Shown here one piece after another: positions 47,373 through 63,474 of a stretch of DNA of 64,000 bases. A program made the position numbers and the translations under genes. This DNA is from the human T2T-CHM13v2.0 reference genome, Homo sapiens. Below the pieces are notes generated by a model. It worked only from the letters and a program-made list of their open reading frames with translations. It searched no databases and was not told the DNA's origin. Numbering within the stretch: the first letter of the stretch is position 1; each line of letters begins with the position of its first letter. The DNA lies in NCBI RefSeq assembly GCF_009914755.1, contig NC_060939.1. One strand, given 5' to 3'.

Positions 47373-48089
47373 GAGTCAAGGATTTTATATTCAACACAAC
47401 TGACCTTCAAGTACAAAAAACACAAATAAACCAGTCAACATGCAAGAACACAGGAAATATTGTCTTTATGATCTCATCCTAAGGAATCTAATAATATTCT
47501 GACAATCAAAATGACGAGATACATGGATAGGACTGGTGATAAGCATCACATATATACTGTACTTATTTATAACACCAAGATTAAACGAGGATTAAAGGGT
47601 TAAATGATGTAACAGCTATATGATCTAGATATGGTAAAAACCATTTTAAAACAGAGAAATAAATGATAGCATGCGCAAAAAAAAATTTTTACTGTTTCCA
47701 GTAATCAAAGTTGACAGAGGTAGATTACTCTGAGGCAATAATATGCTCTCTGTATTAGACTTACTAAGAGACTATCATGGTACCTTCCCAAGGGGTTTTC
47801 AAAAGAAATGGAAAATGTGCCATTTTTTTCTCATCTATCTTCAACGTAAAAATTGTATAGTTCTGCCAAGACAGTTGATTTTTAAAAGTATGTTTACATG
47901 AGAAAATGTACAGGATAACTTTTAGCTTCTGGGGATGGAAGAAAGAGCATCAAAGACTTGCCGTATTTCAAACTTTTGAAACCTTAAGCAACCATGAGCA
48001 GCAATAACTTCTGTGTTTATATGTCTACGCCTGGCTAGACAACTGAATTTATGTTAGAACTTGGAAACAGGGTCCTGGAATTTTTTCAG

Positions 48090-48248
48090 TTATGTGTCCT
48101 GTTTTACTGGACACTAGCCATGCCCATTCCTTTACATATAATTATGACTGCTTTTGCACTGAACAGTTCCAACAGGGACCTTGTGGTGCACAAAGTCAAG
48201 CTATTTACAATCTGGCCTTTCACACAAAAGGTCTGCCCACCCACTGGT
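48090..48248. mobile_element. MER58-like fragment
   Basis: tatttacaatctggcctttcacacaaaaggtctgcc. Confidence 0.6.
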
Positions 48249-49277
48249 TAAAGTATTTCTTGGTTCCTTAAAAAAAAATTCCTGAAAGTTGCTCCTGTTT
48301 CAGAAATAACTGCTTAATTTATTCTCCAAAGATTCCTCTCTGTTCCTATTGAATATGCCCAATTACCTACTTAAGGATTCCACTTGTTGCCTTTTATTTT
48401 ATTCTTCCATTTTTCCATATTAGGCTTGTACAATCCGCTAATTATAACTTTCCTCACTAATTCTAGTCTTACTTTTCTCCTCTTATTCTTCCTATTAACC
48501 TTTCAATGGAATTTCAATGAACATTCAATGGAACCTGTTCTAGCCATTTGTTTTCACAGTGGCCACTGAGATCACAGAATTTGAAAACCAGATGGAGCCT
48601 CAGCAATTGTCTGTTCCAGCTCCCTTCTTACAGCTGAAGTCAGCAGGCCTGGGTCCTGTGTGTCTCTATACTACTTGCCAATCATGACCTTATGGAAGAC
48701 CTCCACAGATTTGAGTTCCCTCATCTGAATAAGAGAGATTTTAATGTTATCAACTTTAATATACTTTGATTCCATGGGGATCCCAAGAGATTTAAAGGCC
48801 TTTTCAAAATTAGTTAGTGGTAAGCCCAAACAGATTAGAAGTCACAAGATCCAAGCACTGCAGATTTTCAACCAACTTGGTAGTTCTCAAAATGCTGTTC
48901 AATCTTCTATGACTGTCAGATTGATTCGGTTTTTTAACAGTTATGTCCCTTGGCTAGTCAAATTGTGTGTGTCTTCCTGTTTATTCTTACTCTCATTCTT
49001 TTAGTTCTGATACCCAAATCATAGTTTTCATTTCTCATTCCTGTTCCATTTTCTTATTTCCAGCTTCTTACAGAATACCTCCAAGTCCCCTTCTTTAAGA
49101 CTGTCATTTTCTCTATAAAATTAGCCTCACCACCAATGTTCTAAACAAACATTGGCTCCTCTATTGCCAAATTACCTACCCTTTATTTTATTTACTTTAT
49201 TGCATGTATAGAGAGACCTTTGTTTAGTTTATGTGAATTACATGAGTTCTTAATTTCAGAAATTATGTTCCATAAAC

Positions 49278-49573
49278 TTTTTGTTTTTTAGAGACAGGGT
49301 CTCACTCTGTTGCCCAGAATGGAGTGCAGTGGTGCAATCACAGCTGACTGTAACCTCAAACTCCTGGGTTCAAGTGATCCTATCGCCTCAGCCTCCTGAA
49401 GTAACTGGGACTACAGGTGGACACGACCATGCCTGGCTAAATTTTTTGGGGGTGTGTAGAGATAGGGTCTCACTATGTTGCCTCCACTGGTCTTGAACTC
49501 CTGGCCTAGAGTGATGCTCCTGCCTTGGCCTCCCAAAGTACTGGAATTACAGGTGTGAGCCACTGTGCCAGCC
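49278..49573 (-). mobile_element. Alu (AluJ-like)
   Basis: Antisense Alu dimer. Confidence 0.9.
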
Positions 49574-49879
49574 ACATTTAAAAACTGTAAATTAAACGTG
49601 ACATATAAATGGAAAGAGCACTGTATGCTGAGTCCAAACCTGGGTTCAAGTTCTCGCTCTTAAGGGGCATTTTACTAGACCTTTCTGAGACTTACCTTAC
49701 TTCACATGGTTAACACCTACTTCACAGACAAATATAATGAAGGGTCTGAAAAACTTATAATGTACTAAGTACAAACAATAGCCTTCTACCAGATAAAGGG
49801 AGTGTATCTTAGATTACATGTTTGCTTCAGCTTAAATACTTTATCAGACAGCAGTTTGGAGCTGCTTGACCGATAAAAT

Positions 49880-51365
49880 TCCTTTTATCACTTTACTGAT
49901 ATATAATTCATATATCATAAATTCACTCTTTAAAGTGTATGATTCAATGGTTTTTAGTATGTACACAGTTGTAACCATCACTGGTTACAGATGGTGCCAG
50001 GACAGCTGGTTAACCACATGCAAAATAATGAATTTGGACCCCTACCTCACAACATCTACAAAAATTAAGTTTAAAGAACCATAGGTCTAAGTATAAGAGC
50101 TTAAACTCTAAACCTCTTTGAAGAAAACACAGGAATAAATCTTCATGACCTGAGTTAGGCAACAGCTTACTGAATATGATGTCAAAAGTATAAGCAACAA
50201 AAGAGAAAACACATACATTGGACCCCATCAAAATTTTATAACATTTTCACCACCCTAAAAAGAAACTCCGCATTCTTTAGCCATCATCTCTCAATCCCCT
50301 AGCCTCATCAACCACTAATATAACTCTCTATTCACCTATTCTGAATACTTCTTATAAATGGAATCACATAATATATGTTCTTTTATGACTGGCATCTTTC
50401 AGTTAGCATAATGTTTTCAAGGTTCATCAATGTTGTGGCATGTATCAGTACTTCATTTCTTTTTATTGCTAAATAATATTCCATTCTATGTATATATCAT
50501 GTTTATTCATTATTCATCAGCTAATATAGCCAGATCTATTATGAATAATGGTGCCATTAACACTCATGTGTAACTTATTATGTAGACATTTGCTTTCATT
50601 TCTCTTGGGTGTATACCTATGAGAGGAATTGCTATGTCCCATAATAATTCTATGAGGAATTCTCAAACTGTTTTCTACAGCAGCTGCACCATTTTACAGT
50701 CCTATCAGCAATGTACAAAGGTTTTAATTTCTCCACATCCTTGCCAACCTTTATTGTCTTTCTGAGTACAGCCATCCTAGTGGGTGTGAAGGGGTATTTC
50801 ACTATACTTTTTGATATACATTTCCTTGAAGGCTAATGATACTGAACATCTTTTCATGCATTTATTGCACATTCATACATCTTCTTTGAGGAAGTATCTA
50901 TTCAAATCATTTGCTATTTTTCAACTGATTTGTCTTTTTATTGTTCAGTTATAAAAGTTCTTTATATATTCTAGAAACAAATCCCTTATCAGATGTATGA
51001 TTTGCAAGTATCTTTTCCCATTCTGTGGAATATCTTCTCACTTTCTTGATGGTGTCCTTTGAAGCACAAAAGTTTCTAATTTTGATGGGGTCCAATGTAT
51101 CTGTTTTCCCTTTTGTTGCTTATACTTTTGACATCATATCCAATAAACCATTGCCTAACCCAGGTCACGAATAATTATCCCTGTGTTTTCTTCAAAGAGG
51201 TTTAGAGTTTAAGCTCTTATACTTACACCTATGGTTCATTTAAACTTAATTTTTGTAAATCTTGTGAGGTAGGGGTCCAAATTCATTATTTTGCATGTGG
51301 TTAACCAGCTGTCCTGGGTCTGTTAATGACTGTTCTTCCCTCCAGTGCATTGCCTTGGCACCCCA
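49880..51365 (-). mobile_element. L1MB-type 3' end carrying an internal inverted duplication
   Basis: Antisense L1 3'UTR and ORF2 end (cagcagctgcaccattttacagtcc; cagccatcctagtgggtgtgaag). Confidence 0.85.
49997..51317. repeat. Inverted repeat: arms 49997-50235 and 51078-51317 (~240 bp, roughly 90% identical by eye), spacer ~840 bp
   Basis: ccaggacagctggttaaccacatgcaaaataatgaatttggacccctacctcacaa... is the reverse complement of ...ttgtgaggtaggggtccaaattcattattttgcatgtggttaaccagctgtcctgg. Confidence 0.95.
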
Positions 51366-52819
51366 TCCCAAGTTTACCTCTTATGCAATCACCTCCCTAG
51401 TTTAAACACTCACTGGCTCACCCTTAAAATTACCTGACTAGTTTCCTTGCTTTCTATACTCATCTTTTAATACTTTAGTATACAAATATTTAATCTTTTA
51501 CATAATTCTATTTTAGAAAATGAAAAAGCAGAGTAACGACGAGCAACTCATTCCTGAGGAATTCACTTCATTTCCCAAAGAATTAGAAAAATGTATGCAT
51601 TTTCTAAGGGCGAGTATCTGAAAACTAAAAAGGTGTGGGTGTGTTACAGCAGCAGGAGAGGTGAACACATGTGGTTACCATCTGAAGCTACACACCTACA
51701 CTAATACGATAAGCATCAGACTTGTGACTATTAAGCACTTCAAAAATGGCTAGTGTTACCTGAAAGGTGCTGACATTGAAAAGTGAACAATTTTGTAAGA
51801 TCAACTCATCAATTTTTAAACTTATCACATGTTGAAATATATTTTGTGCATACTAAATAAGACCTATTATAAAGTTAGTTTCACCTGTTTTTCTTTTTTT
51901 TTACAGTTTTTAATAAGAAGACTAAAAAATTTAAATTTACATATGTGGTTTATATTATACTGCTACTGGGCGGTGCTGTTGTAGACCTCCCAAGAGTGAC
52001 TTTATTCGACATGGTTAGTGTCCTAGGGAATTAAGTTTTTTGGGGCAGAACTAGGTACCAAGCACTAAGGAGATAGAAAACGGACTTAAGATTTCCAACC
52101 CTTGTGAAAGTTATAATGTAGTAGGAGATGGGGTAAACAACTATCTGATGTACATATTCAACTGTCACTGAGGACCAGTAGAGAGATCAGAATCCATGAG
52201 GAGGCAAATTCTGCCTGTTTTTTTCTGATATAATTCCAGGGCCCACAAGAGTACAACAGTGCTTGGCATACAGTAGAACACTAAAAAATTACTTAGTCTT
52301 TAAGAATGAATAGGGTTTCAATGGTTTCTAGAAATATAAGATGAAGAAAATATCTTCTGGAAATACAAATGAAAGAATGAAGCATATATTATTCTAGACA
52401 GTAAATAGCAGAAAATGTTAGGTTCTCATCAATTAAATGGCTTTTTTATAACATTACCTCCAACTTTCATAAAATTGACTGTCAGATGTCAAAGAATATG
52501 GATTTGTCTTTATTTGGCAATACAGAGTATCTATACTCCAGGTTATTGCCAAAAGAATACAGTTTCAAATTATCCCCTTCACTTACTACCACTGCCAAAA
52601 GCCCACTTGCTCACCTCAGAGAGAACAAGCTTTCTGATTCCTCTGTGTTTCTTAAAAGTGGGATGCCAGAGGCCATAGCCCTCCATTTCAAACTGAAGCC
52701 TATTTAAAATACGTGTTAGGGATCCCAGCCCAGACAAACTTGAGTAAGAATCTCTGATGGGCAGGGACTGTGCAGTTGATCCCTCTTTACAATAAAACCT
52801 GGAGAGCCACTGCTCTAAT

Positions 52820-53000
52820 CAGCAGTCAGCACACTATGGCCCACAGTTGGAATACAGCCACATTCGTTTGCCTGTTGTCTATGGTTGCTTCTACAATACG
52901 GCTGCAGGGTTGAGTAGTTTTGACAGAGATTTATGGTCTGCAAAGCCTAAAATACTTATTTACTATCTGGCTCTTTATATAAATACTTTGCTGATCCTGC
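52820..53000. mobile_element. MER58A-like MITE
   Basis: ttgtctatggttgctt...gttgagtagtt...gcaaagcctaaaata...tttactatctggc. Confidence 0.75.
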
Positions 53001-53762
53001 TCTAGATAGTCTAAATTTTATTCGGCATCATCTTAGAACACCAAACAACTAAGACAGTTGAAAGTACCATTCTGTAGCCTCAGAGAATGAAGTCAATTAA
53101 GTTATGCTTTGGCATAACTCAGCTCCCACTGGCAAGACTTTTTCATTGTCCAAAGATTTTAAAAATGTTTTTATTTTTAATTATTATAGTAAACAGTAGT
53201 TGTATATATTTATGGGATCCACATCAATACATTTTGATACAAGTATAATGTGTAACGATTAAATCAGGGTAACTGGGATATTCATAACCTCAAGTATTTA
53301 TCATTTCTTTGCTGTTACGAACATTTCAATTCCACTCTTCTAGTTACTGTGAAATACACAATAAATTAACGATAGTTGCCCTATTGTGCTACTAAACACT
53401 GTATCTTACTCCTTCTAACCATATTTTTGCACCCATTAACCAAGTCTTCCATCCCTACTTCCCTACCACCCTTCCCGGTCTCTGGTAACCATCATTCTAC
53501 TCTCTGTCTCCATGAGTTCATTTTTCTTTTTTTTTTTTTTTTTAGTTCCCACGAGTGAGAAAATGTGGTATTCGTCTTTCTGTGCCTGGCTTATTTCATT
53601 TAACGTAATGTCCTCCAGTCTCATTTATGTTGTTGCAAATGACAGGATTTCATTATTTTTTATGGTTGACTAATATTCCATGGAACATATTTACATTTTC
53701 TTTATCCCTTCATCAACTGATGTACACTTATGTTGATACTATAACTTGGCTATCACGAATAA

Positions 53763-54102
<340 letters not shown>

Positions 54103-54188
54103 TTTCTTTGGGATATATACTCAGCAGTGGAAATGCTGGATCATATGGTTGCTCTATTTTCAGTTTTTGAGGAGCCTCCATAATATTC

Positions 54189-54466
54189 TTTTTTTTTTTT
54201 TTTTTTTTTTTTGAGACAGAGTCTGGCACTGTTGCCCAGGTTGGAGTGCAGTGCAGCAATCTAGGCTCACTCCAAGCTCCACCTCCCAGGTTCACGCCAT
54301 TCTCCTGCCTCAGCCTCGCGAGTAGCTGGGACTACAGGCGCCCACCACCACGCTCGGCTGGTTTCACCGTGTTAGCCAGGATGGTCTCGATGTCCTGACT
54401 TCATGACCCACCCACCTCGGCCTCCCAAAGTGCTGGGATTACAGGCGTGAGCCACCATGCCCGGCC
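54189..54466 (-). mobile_element. AluY-like lacking the central A-rich linker
   Basis: TSD cctccataatattctt / cctccatgctattctt. Arms fused at cgctcggctg|gtttcaccg. Confidence 0.9.
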
Positions 54467-56187
54467 TCCATGCTATTCTTCATAGTGACTGTACTGGTTT
54501 ACATTCCTATCAACAACGTATAAGAGTTCTCTTTTTTCTGCCTGCTCACTAGCATTTGTTATTGCCTGTCTTTTTGATAAAAGCCATTTTAACTGGGATG
54601 AAATATTTCATTATACTTTCGATTAGTATTTATCTGATTAGTGATGTTGACCATTTTTTCATATACCTGTTGACCATTTACCCATATGTCTTCCTGAGAA
54701 ACATCTATTCAGCTCTTGTGCTTCAGATCTTTTGCCCATTTTTAAATTGGATTTCTTTTTCCTATCGAGTTGTTTCAGCTCCTTACATATTCTGGTTATT
54801 ATCTCATCAGTTGGGTAGTCTGCAAATATTTTCTTCATTCTGTGGGTTGTTTCTTCATTTTGTTGACTGTTTGTTGTGCAGCAGCTTTGAGCTTGATGTG
54901 ATCCCACTGTCCATTTTGTTGTGGTTGCCTGTTCTTTGGAGGTCACACTCAAGAAACCTTAGCCCAGACCAATGACCTTTAGTGTTTCCCAATGTTTTCT
55001 TCTAGTAGTCTCATAACTTCAGGTGCTTAATCCATTTTGATTTGTTTTAGTATACGGCAAGAAATAGGGGTCCAGTTTCATTCTTCTGCATGTGGATGTC
55101 CAGTCTTCCCAGCACCATTTATTGCAGACTGTCCTTTCCCCAATGTTCTTAGTGGCTTTGTTGAAAATGAGTTGGAGGTAAATGTGTGGATTTTTTTCTG
55201 GGCTCTCTATTCTGTTCCACTGGTCTGTGTCTGTTTTTATGCCAGCACCATGCTATAGCTCTGGAGTATAATTTGAAGTCACATAATGTATGTAATGTGA
55301 TTCCTTCAGTTTTGTTCTTTTTGCCCAGGATTGCTTTGCCTACTCTGGGTCTTTGTGGTTCCACAAAAATTTTAGGATTGTTTTTCCAACCCTAAAACAT
55401 AATTCTGTGAAGAATGTCATTGGTGTTTTGACAAGGGTTGCAATGAATCTGTAAATTCCTTTGGGTAGTGTGGACATTTTAACAACACTGATTCCAACAA
55501 TACTGAATCCATGACCATGGAGTATCTTTCCACTTTTTGGTGCCGTCTTCAATATCTTTCATCAGTGTTTTATAGTTTTCATTGTAGAAATCTTTCACTT
55601 CTTTGGTTAAGTTTATTCCTAGGTATTTTATTTTATTTTATTTGTAGCTATTGGAAATAAGATTATTTTCTTGGTTTATTTTCTAGATTGTTTGCTCTTG
55701 GCATACAGAAATGCTGCTGATTTTTATATGCTGACTTTGCATCCTGCAATTTTACTAAACCTCAGTTCTAACAGTTTTCTGGTAGAGTCCTTAGGTTTTT
55801 CTAAATTTAAGATACTATTGTCTGCAAACAAGGGTAATCTAAATTTTTCCTTCCAATTTGGATGCCTTTTCTTTTCTTCTCCTGTTTAATTGCTCTGGCT
55901 AGGACTTCCAGTACCACGTTGAAGAAAGGTGGTGAAAGTGGGCTTCCTTGCCTTCTTCCAGATCTTACAGGAAAGGCTTTTAGATTCCCCCCTCATGATA
56001 CTAGCTGTGGGTTTATCTGTCTGTGGCTTTTATTGTGTTGAGGCATGTTCCTTCTACATCCAGTTGAGTTTTTATCATGAAGGGATGCTGAATTTTACTG
56101 AATACTTTTTTGGCATCTATAGAAATGGACATATGGTTATGTCCTTCATTCTTTTGATGTGATGTATCGCATTTACAGATCTGAATA

Positions 56188-56586
56188 TGTATTAGGTGGT
56201 TCTCACATTGCTATAAAGAAATACCTGAGACTGGGCAATTTATATAAAAAAAGAGTTCATTGGCTCACTATTCTGCAGGCTGTACAGCAAGCATGACAGC
56301 ATCTGCTTGGCTTCTGGTGAGGCCTCAGGAAATGCATAATCAGGGCAGAAGGCAACAGGGGAACACACATGGCCAGAGTAGGAGAGAGACAGAGAGCAGG
56401 GAGGTTTAAACAATCAGATCTCATGAGAACTCACTAACTATATAGTAGCAAGGGGAGATGGGGCTAAACCATTCATGAGAACTCCACTCCTATGATCCAA
56501 TCACGTTCCACCAGGCCCCTCCTCCAACACTGGGGATTACAATTAAATGTAAGATTTGGGCAGGGACACAAACACAAACCATATCA
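56188..56586 (-). mobile_element. MST (MaLR) solo LTR
   Basis: tgtattagg...gctataaagaaatacctgagactggg...aaaccatatca. TG...CA termini and 5-bp TSD gaata / gagta. Confidence 0.9.
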
Positions 56587-57917
56587 GAGTATGTTGAACC
56601 ATCCTTGCATCCCTGGGATGAATCCCACTTGATTACAATGAATGATCTTTTAAATATGTAGTTGAATTTGGTTTAAGGATTTTGCATCTCTGTTCAAAGA
56701 TACTGGCCTGTAGTTTTCTTTTTTTGTTGCGTCTTTGTCTGGTTTTGGTACCAGGGAAATACTGGCCCTTTGGAATGAATTTGGAAGTATTCTCTTCTTA
56801 GCTTTTGTGATATAATTCTTCTTTAAATGTTTGGTAGAGTTCAGCAGTGAAGCCATCAGGTCCTGGGCTTTTCTTTGATGATTTTCTTTTTTTCTTTTCT
56901 TTTATTACTGCTTGCTCTGAAAATATTTCTTTTTTAATTCAAAAAACCAAAAACAAACAAAAAACAACCAAAAAACCATTCCTGGAGGGATGGCTGGTGA
57001 GGACTTTGATTTTGTCATAGTCTCTCTGTGATGAGGCTCAGAGGAAACCCAGCTGTTTTCCTAGTACAACAGTTAGCATATTCAACAACTGAAGAATTGT
57101 GAGTTATATACCTCTCTTATCTCAATGTATCTTCTGATGACATTTTCTGGGCTGCCCTCTCATGGCAAAAAAATAACTGAGGCACAGAAAGAAGCCAGGT
57201 ACAAAATGGAACCTACATTAATCATCTAAAACGGCATTATCATAACAGACTTGCCTGAGCCATTACTTACCACAATGAATTGGTATGACACTTCTAACAA
57301 GGTCAGAAAAATCAGATTCTGTTTTCTTAATATTGAGGATCTTTCCCACTTTCCCTGAGCTAATGAGACACAGGTCTGTGGCAAATACATTTAGTATTTT
57401 CCTACACATGAATTCCTAACAAAACCAAGCAAGAGCATACAAAGGGAAACATACTTTAGCTAATTTAAAGGTGTCTTATGTTATTTTGCTTATTGAAAAA
57501 ACTGAAAAGGTAGTAAGGAAAAGATGTAATGTGGTAATAGCAAATTGCATCTGTGGTCTCTAATGAATAATCTCGCTTCCAGTAAAAAAAACTATCAAAA
57601 GAGCTTAAACTCAAGGTAAACAAAAGGATGAAAATATTAAAATAAGAGCAGAAATCAATGAAACAGAAAACAGAATAAAGAATGTCACTGAAAACAAAAG
57701 TAGGTATTTTGAAAAGATCAATAAAATTGTCAAACCTCTAGCCAGACTGACCAAGAAATAAGACACAAATTACCAATATAAATAATGAAACAAAACAAAA
57801 CAGCATTATAGAACCATCCAAAATTAAAAATAAGGGAATATTATGAACAATGTTATACTCATAATTTTAACAACTTACATGATAAAGACAAATATTTTGA
57901 AAGACACAAACTACCAG

Positions 57918-58358
<441 letters not shown>

Positions 58359-59920
58359 CTAACAAATATTTAAGAAAAAAATAAAATCAATTGTACATGA
58401 ACTCTACCAGAAACCACAAAAGGAAGGAACACGTCCCAACTCCTTGTTTTGAGGTACAGCTTTTCCATGATACCAAAACCAGATATAAACAATGTTAAAA
58501 AAAAGTACTGACCAATAAAACAAGAATCTTCACAAAACATCAGCAAATCAATCCAGCAACATCTGGAATGGATAACATGTAAACAATCAAGTAGAATTTA
58601 TCTGAGGAATGCAAGGCTGTTCAACAAACAACAAGAAATCCACCATATCAACAGATTAAGAAGAAAACCCATATAATCCCAGTCATACACACACAAAAAA
58701 AAGCACTGACAAAAATTCAACTTTCATTCATGATTAAAAACAACCACCTCTCAGTAAACTAAGATAAAAGGGAACTTCCTCAATCTAACAAATGGCAAAA
58801 TAGAAATACAAGGGAACTTCCTTAACCTGATAAAAGGCATCAACCAAAAAAAAAACCACTTACTGGTGAAAGACAGCTTTTACCCAGTATTAAGAGTAAG
58901 GTAAGTATGCCTGCTCACCATTCCTAATTAACAACATCCTGAAAGTCCAAACTAGTGCAATAAGGCAAGAAAAAGAAATAAAGAGCATTCAAAAGGAGGG
59001 AAAAAAACTGCCTCTATACACAGATGACATGACTGCCTACACATAGGAAAACACCCAGGAATCTAAACAAGAAAGTTCCTACAACTAGTAATTTTAAGAC
59101 TGCAAGGTTGCTATAAAAAAAAAAACAAAAAAAAACCTGCATTTCTACACAGTAACAAGGAACAATCAAATATTGAAATGAAAAAAAAAAAACTATTTAC
59201 AATAGCACCAAGAAACATGAGATATTTAACTATAAACCTAACAAAAATGTGTGCAGGATCTATTTGCCAAAAACTACAATACATTAAAGAAATAAAACAA
59301 TGAGGAGATAACATTATATTCATAGTTTGGAATATTCAATATTGTTAAAATGTTAATTATCCCCAATGATTTGTAGATTCAAATGCAATCCCAATAAAAT
59401 CCCAGCAGTTTTATTTTCTTTGAGGGAAGGAAGATAAAAGTTGACAAAATTATTCTAAAATTTATACAGAAAGGCAAAGGAGCTAGAATAGCCAAAATAA
59501 TTTTAAAAAGTATTTGGAGGATTTGCCCTACCTGATTTCCACGTTTAATATAAAGCTACAGTAATCGATGCATAAGTAACTGGTAAAAAGGCAGACACAC
59601 AGATCAACAGACCAGACAAGGGAGTCCAGAAATATATGGTCAATTGATTTTTGACAAAGCGAGAAAGGCAATTAAACGGACAAAGTATAATCTTTCAAAC
59701 AAAATGCTTCTTCAAAATAAACACTGGACATCTGTATGAAAAAAAAAAATCTCTCTGCCCGTATCTCATGGCACAAACAGAATTTAACTGAAATAAAACT
59801 TTTAAAGGAAAACAGAGGAAAAATTATTCTTGATTTTGGGTTTGGCAAAGATTTCTGAGATACAAAACCAAAAACATGATTGATAAAGGCAAAAATTAAC
59901 AAACTGGACTTTATCAAAAA

Positions 59921-60222
59921 TTTTTCTTTCTTTCCTTTTGAGACAGAGTCTTACTCTGTCTCCCATGCTGGAGTGCAGTGGCACGATGTCAGGGTCATTG
60001 CAACCTCTGCCTCCTGGGCTCAAGCGATTCTCCTGCCTCAGCCTCCCGAGTAGCTGGGACTACAGGCACATGCCAACACTCCCAGCTAATTTTTGTATTT
60101 TTAGTAGAGACAGGCTTTCACCATGTTGGCCAGGCTGGTCTCAAATTCCTGGCCTCAAGTAATTTGTCTGCCTTGGCCTACCAAAGTGTTGGGTTTACAG
60201 GCTTGAGCCACTACACCTGGCC
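59921..60222 (-). mobile_element. Alu (J/S)
   Basis: TSD ctttatcaaaa on both sides. Confidence 0.9.
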
Positions 60223-60762
60223 AGAGCTTTATCAAAACTTAAAGCATGTACTGCAAAAGACACTGTCATTAAGAGAAAGAAAAGGCAAATCACAGAATGG
60301 GAAAAAAATACTTACAAAATAATACCTGATAAAGAATCTGTATCCTGAATACGTTAAAAAAAAAAAAAAAAAATCTCAAAACTCAGTAACTTCTGTGTAC
60401 CAAAAAGAATAATCACAGAGTAAAAAGGCAATCCATGGAAAGGAAAAAAATATTTGCAAATCATATATTTAACAACTGGTTAATATCCAAAATATATAAA
60501 GACTACTGCAACTCAACAACTAAAAAACAAGCAACATAGAGCTTAAAAATGGGCAACAGTCTTGAATACGTGAAGTCTATGTTGTATTTTGCCGCAATTT
60601 TATAAAATCTCAATAATAAGAAAAACCCAATTAAAAATGGGCAAAAGGTTTGAATACATTTTACCAAAGATATATGGACAACAAATGAGCACATCAAGAG
60701 ATCATTAATCTTCAGAGATAAGCAAACTAAAACCACGTGTGATACCGCTAGATACCCACTGA

Positions 60763-61304
<542 letters not shown>

Positions 61305-62156
61305 TATCAAGTGCTGATGAGGATACGCAACAACGGGAGCTCTTATACACTGCCAGTGGTGGTGTTAGATGGTACAGAGAATTTGACCATTTCTTTAAAA
61401 CTTAAATAATTACCATGGGACCCACAGCAAGTCTTTTCCTAAGTATTTACCCAAAAGAAATAAAAAGTTATGTTCATACAAAAACCTGTACACTAGAGGT
61501 TTGTTCATAATCAATGGAAACTGCAAAACACAAATATACCACAACTGGAGAACGAACACACAATTATACATTCATACAATGAAATGCTACTATGCAATAA
61601 GAGAAACTACTGATAGAGTAACATCATGGAGAAATCCCAAATGCATTAGGCTAAGTGTAAGAAGTCAGCCTCAAAAGGCTACATGTTGTATGAGTCCATT
61701 TACATGACATTCTAGAAAAGGCAAGAATGTACAAAAAGAAACCATATCATTGGTTAAGTGGACGTGAGGGGACCGGGATGATTAAAAATAGGTGTTAAGA
61801 GAAAGTTTTTGTATTGAAGTTGTCTTGTATTTTAATTGTGGTGGTTACATGACTGTATATGCTTGTCAAAACTCAGAACTGTAAGGGTCAATTTCACTGT
61901 ATGTAAATTATACCAATAAAAACAATAAAAGTCTTAATAAAAATAAATGTAATATGATAAAAAAAATACCAAATCATTGACATCGCCACTAGTCATAAGG
62001 TAAGAAGTTATTTTATATGTTTAATCATATGTATCTGATTTAAATATGCTACCTATCAATACATTTCAAACAAAGGAAGGCCATGTTGCAGGTTTATGAA
62101 AGTTAAGGTTAGTATTAGATAATGATTTCCTTCACCATTTAATAATGAAACATTAA

Positions 62157-62486
<330 letters not shown>

Positions 62487-63417
62487 AAAAACAACTATTT
62501 TTTAATAATTAATTTACCCATTATCTACTATGTGCAGATCCAAACATTCGTGAGATAATCAGGGGCAGAGTCCAGCAACATGATTCTTTCCCCTTTCCAT
62601 CTTCCTAATAATGGATATAGCTGGTAGAAATAGTAAGTGTAAAGTGCAAGGCCAGTATTTAAATATTCTCTCTTTCCATACATTCTCTAAGAAAGGGAGT
62701 AATCAGTAGATTCAGCTCTCTTGAAAGAGAGGAAAGAGAATTTTGAGAGACACTTAACTTTACAAATTGGTAAAGCATGAACTGGTGTCAACTTGTTCCA
62801 TTTTAAACTTGTGAAAACCAAGGTTTTCGAAGGTGACTGAATCACTTCCCCATTTCTAAAGCAAGAGAAAGGCAGAACCAGAATTCAAATTGATAGCAGT
62901 CTCACTTCGGACAAAGTTCTTAGTCCCACCAAGTAAGAACTCATCTCTTACTACTACTCATCTCTCTTCTCGCATCTGCAATTGTTTAAGCAACAGCTTG
63001 GGTCAACATGTTTGAAATCAATTAAGTATCTTTTAGGATTTTATTATGCATACAACCTGGTTTAATTTCAAACTTCACTCCCACAATGGATGCATATATA
63101 CTCAGAAAGGTTGAAGCAGTTTATAATAATTTATACTAATGTACAGAGTCTTTTATCTGATCACTCAAAATTTTAAAAGCAAATCACTTTTTAAGTCAGG
63201 AATAAAAACAGCAAATACTCAAAAGGATATATGAAAAAGTAATCATGCTCACTTTTGACCTTAATAAAAAATTATTGTAACTCTAATTTTAAACAAAAGA
63301 ATATAGAAAAAGTTTCCTCCTCCCTCTGGCTTCCTGACATCTGGCTTTCCTCTATTGTTTTCAAAGCTGCCAGTATCCTGAGTTATACACAGATTACTTA
63401 CTGCAACACAAACTTAC

Positions 63418-63474
63418 CCTGTGAAGCGTCACTGTATGTTGTTCCCATATAGCTGTTTCCTCCATTGCTGTGCT
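63418..63474 (-). CDS. TJP1: TJP1 exon 2 (57 nt, phase 0-0), STAMEETAIWEQHTVTLHR
   Basis: tatcag|AGCACA...CACAGG|gtaagt. Contains an in-frame ATG in strong Kozak context (gcaATGG). Not in the ORF track. Confidence 0.97.

Noticed and set aside
58768-58840. Repeated aagggaacttcct, and similar short tandem duplications at about 710, 8725, 20730 and 30526, as array or CRISPR-like structure
   Set aside because: Two-copy local slippage duplications in eukaryotic intron or TE sequence, with no repeat-spacer array.
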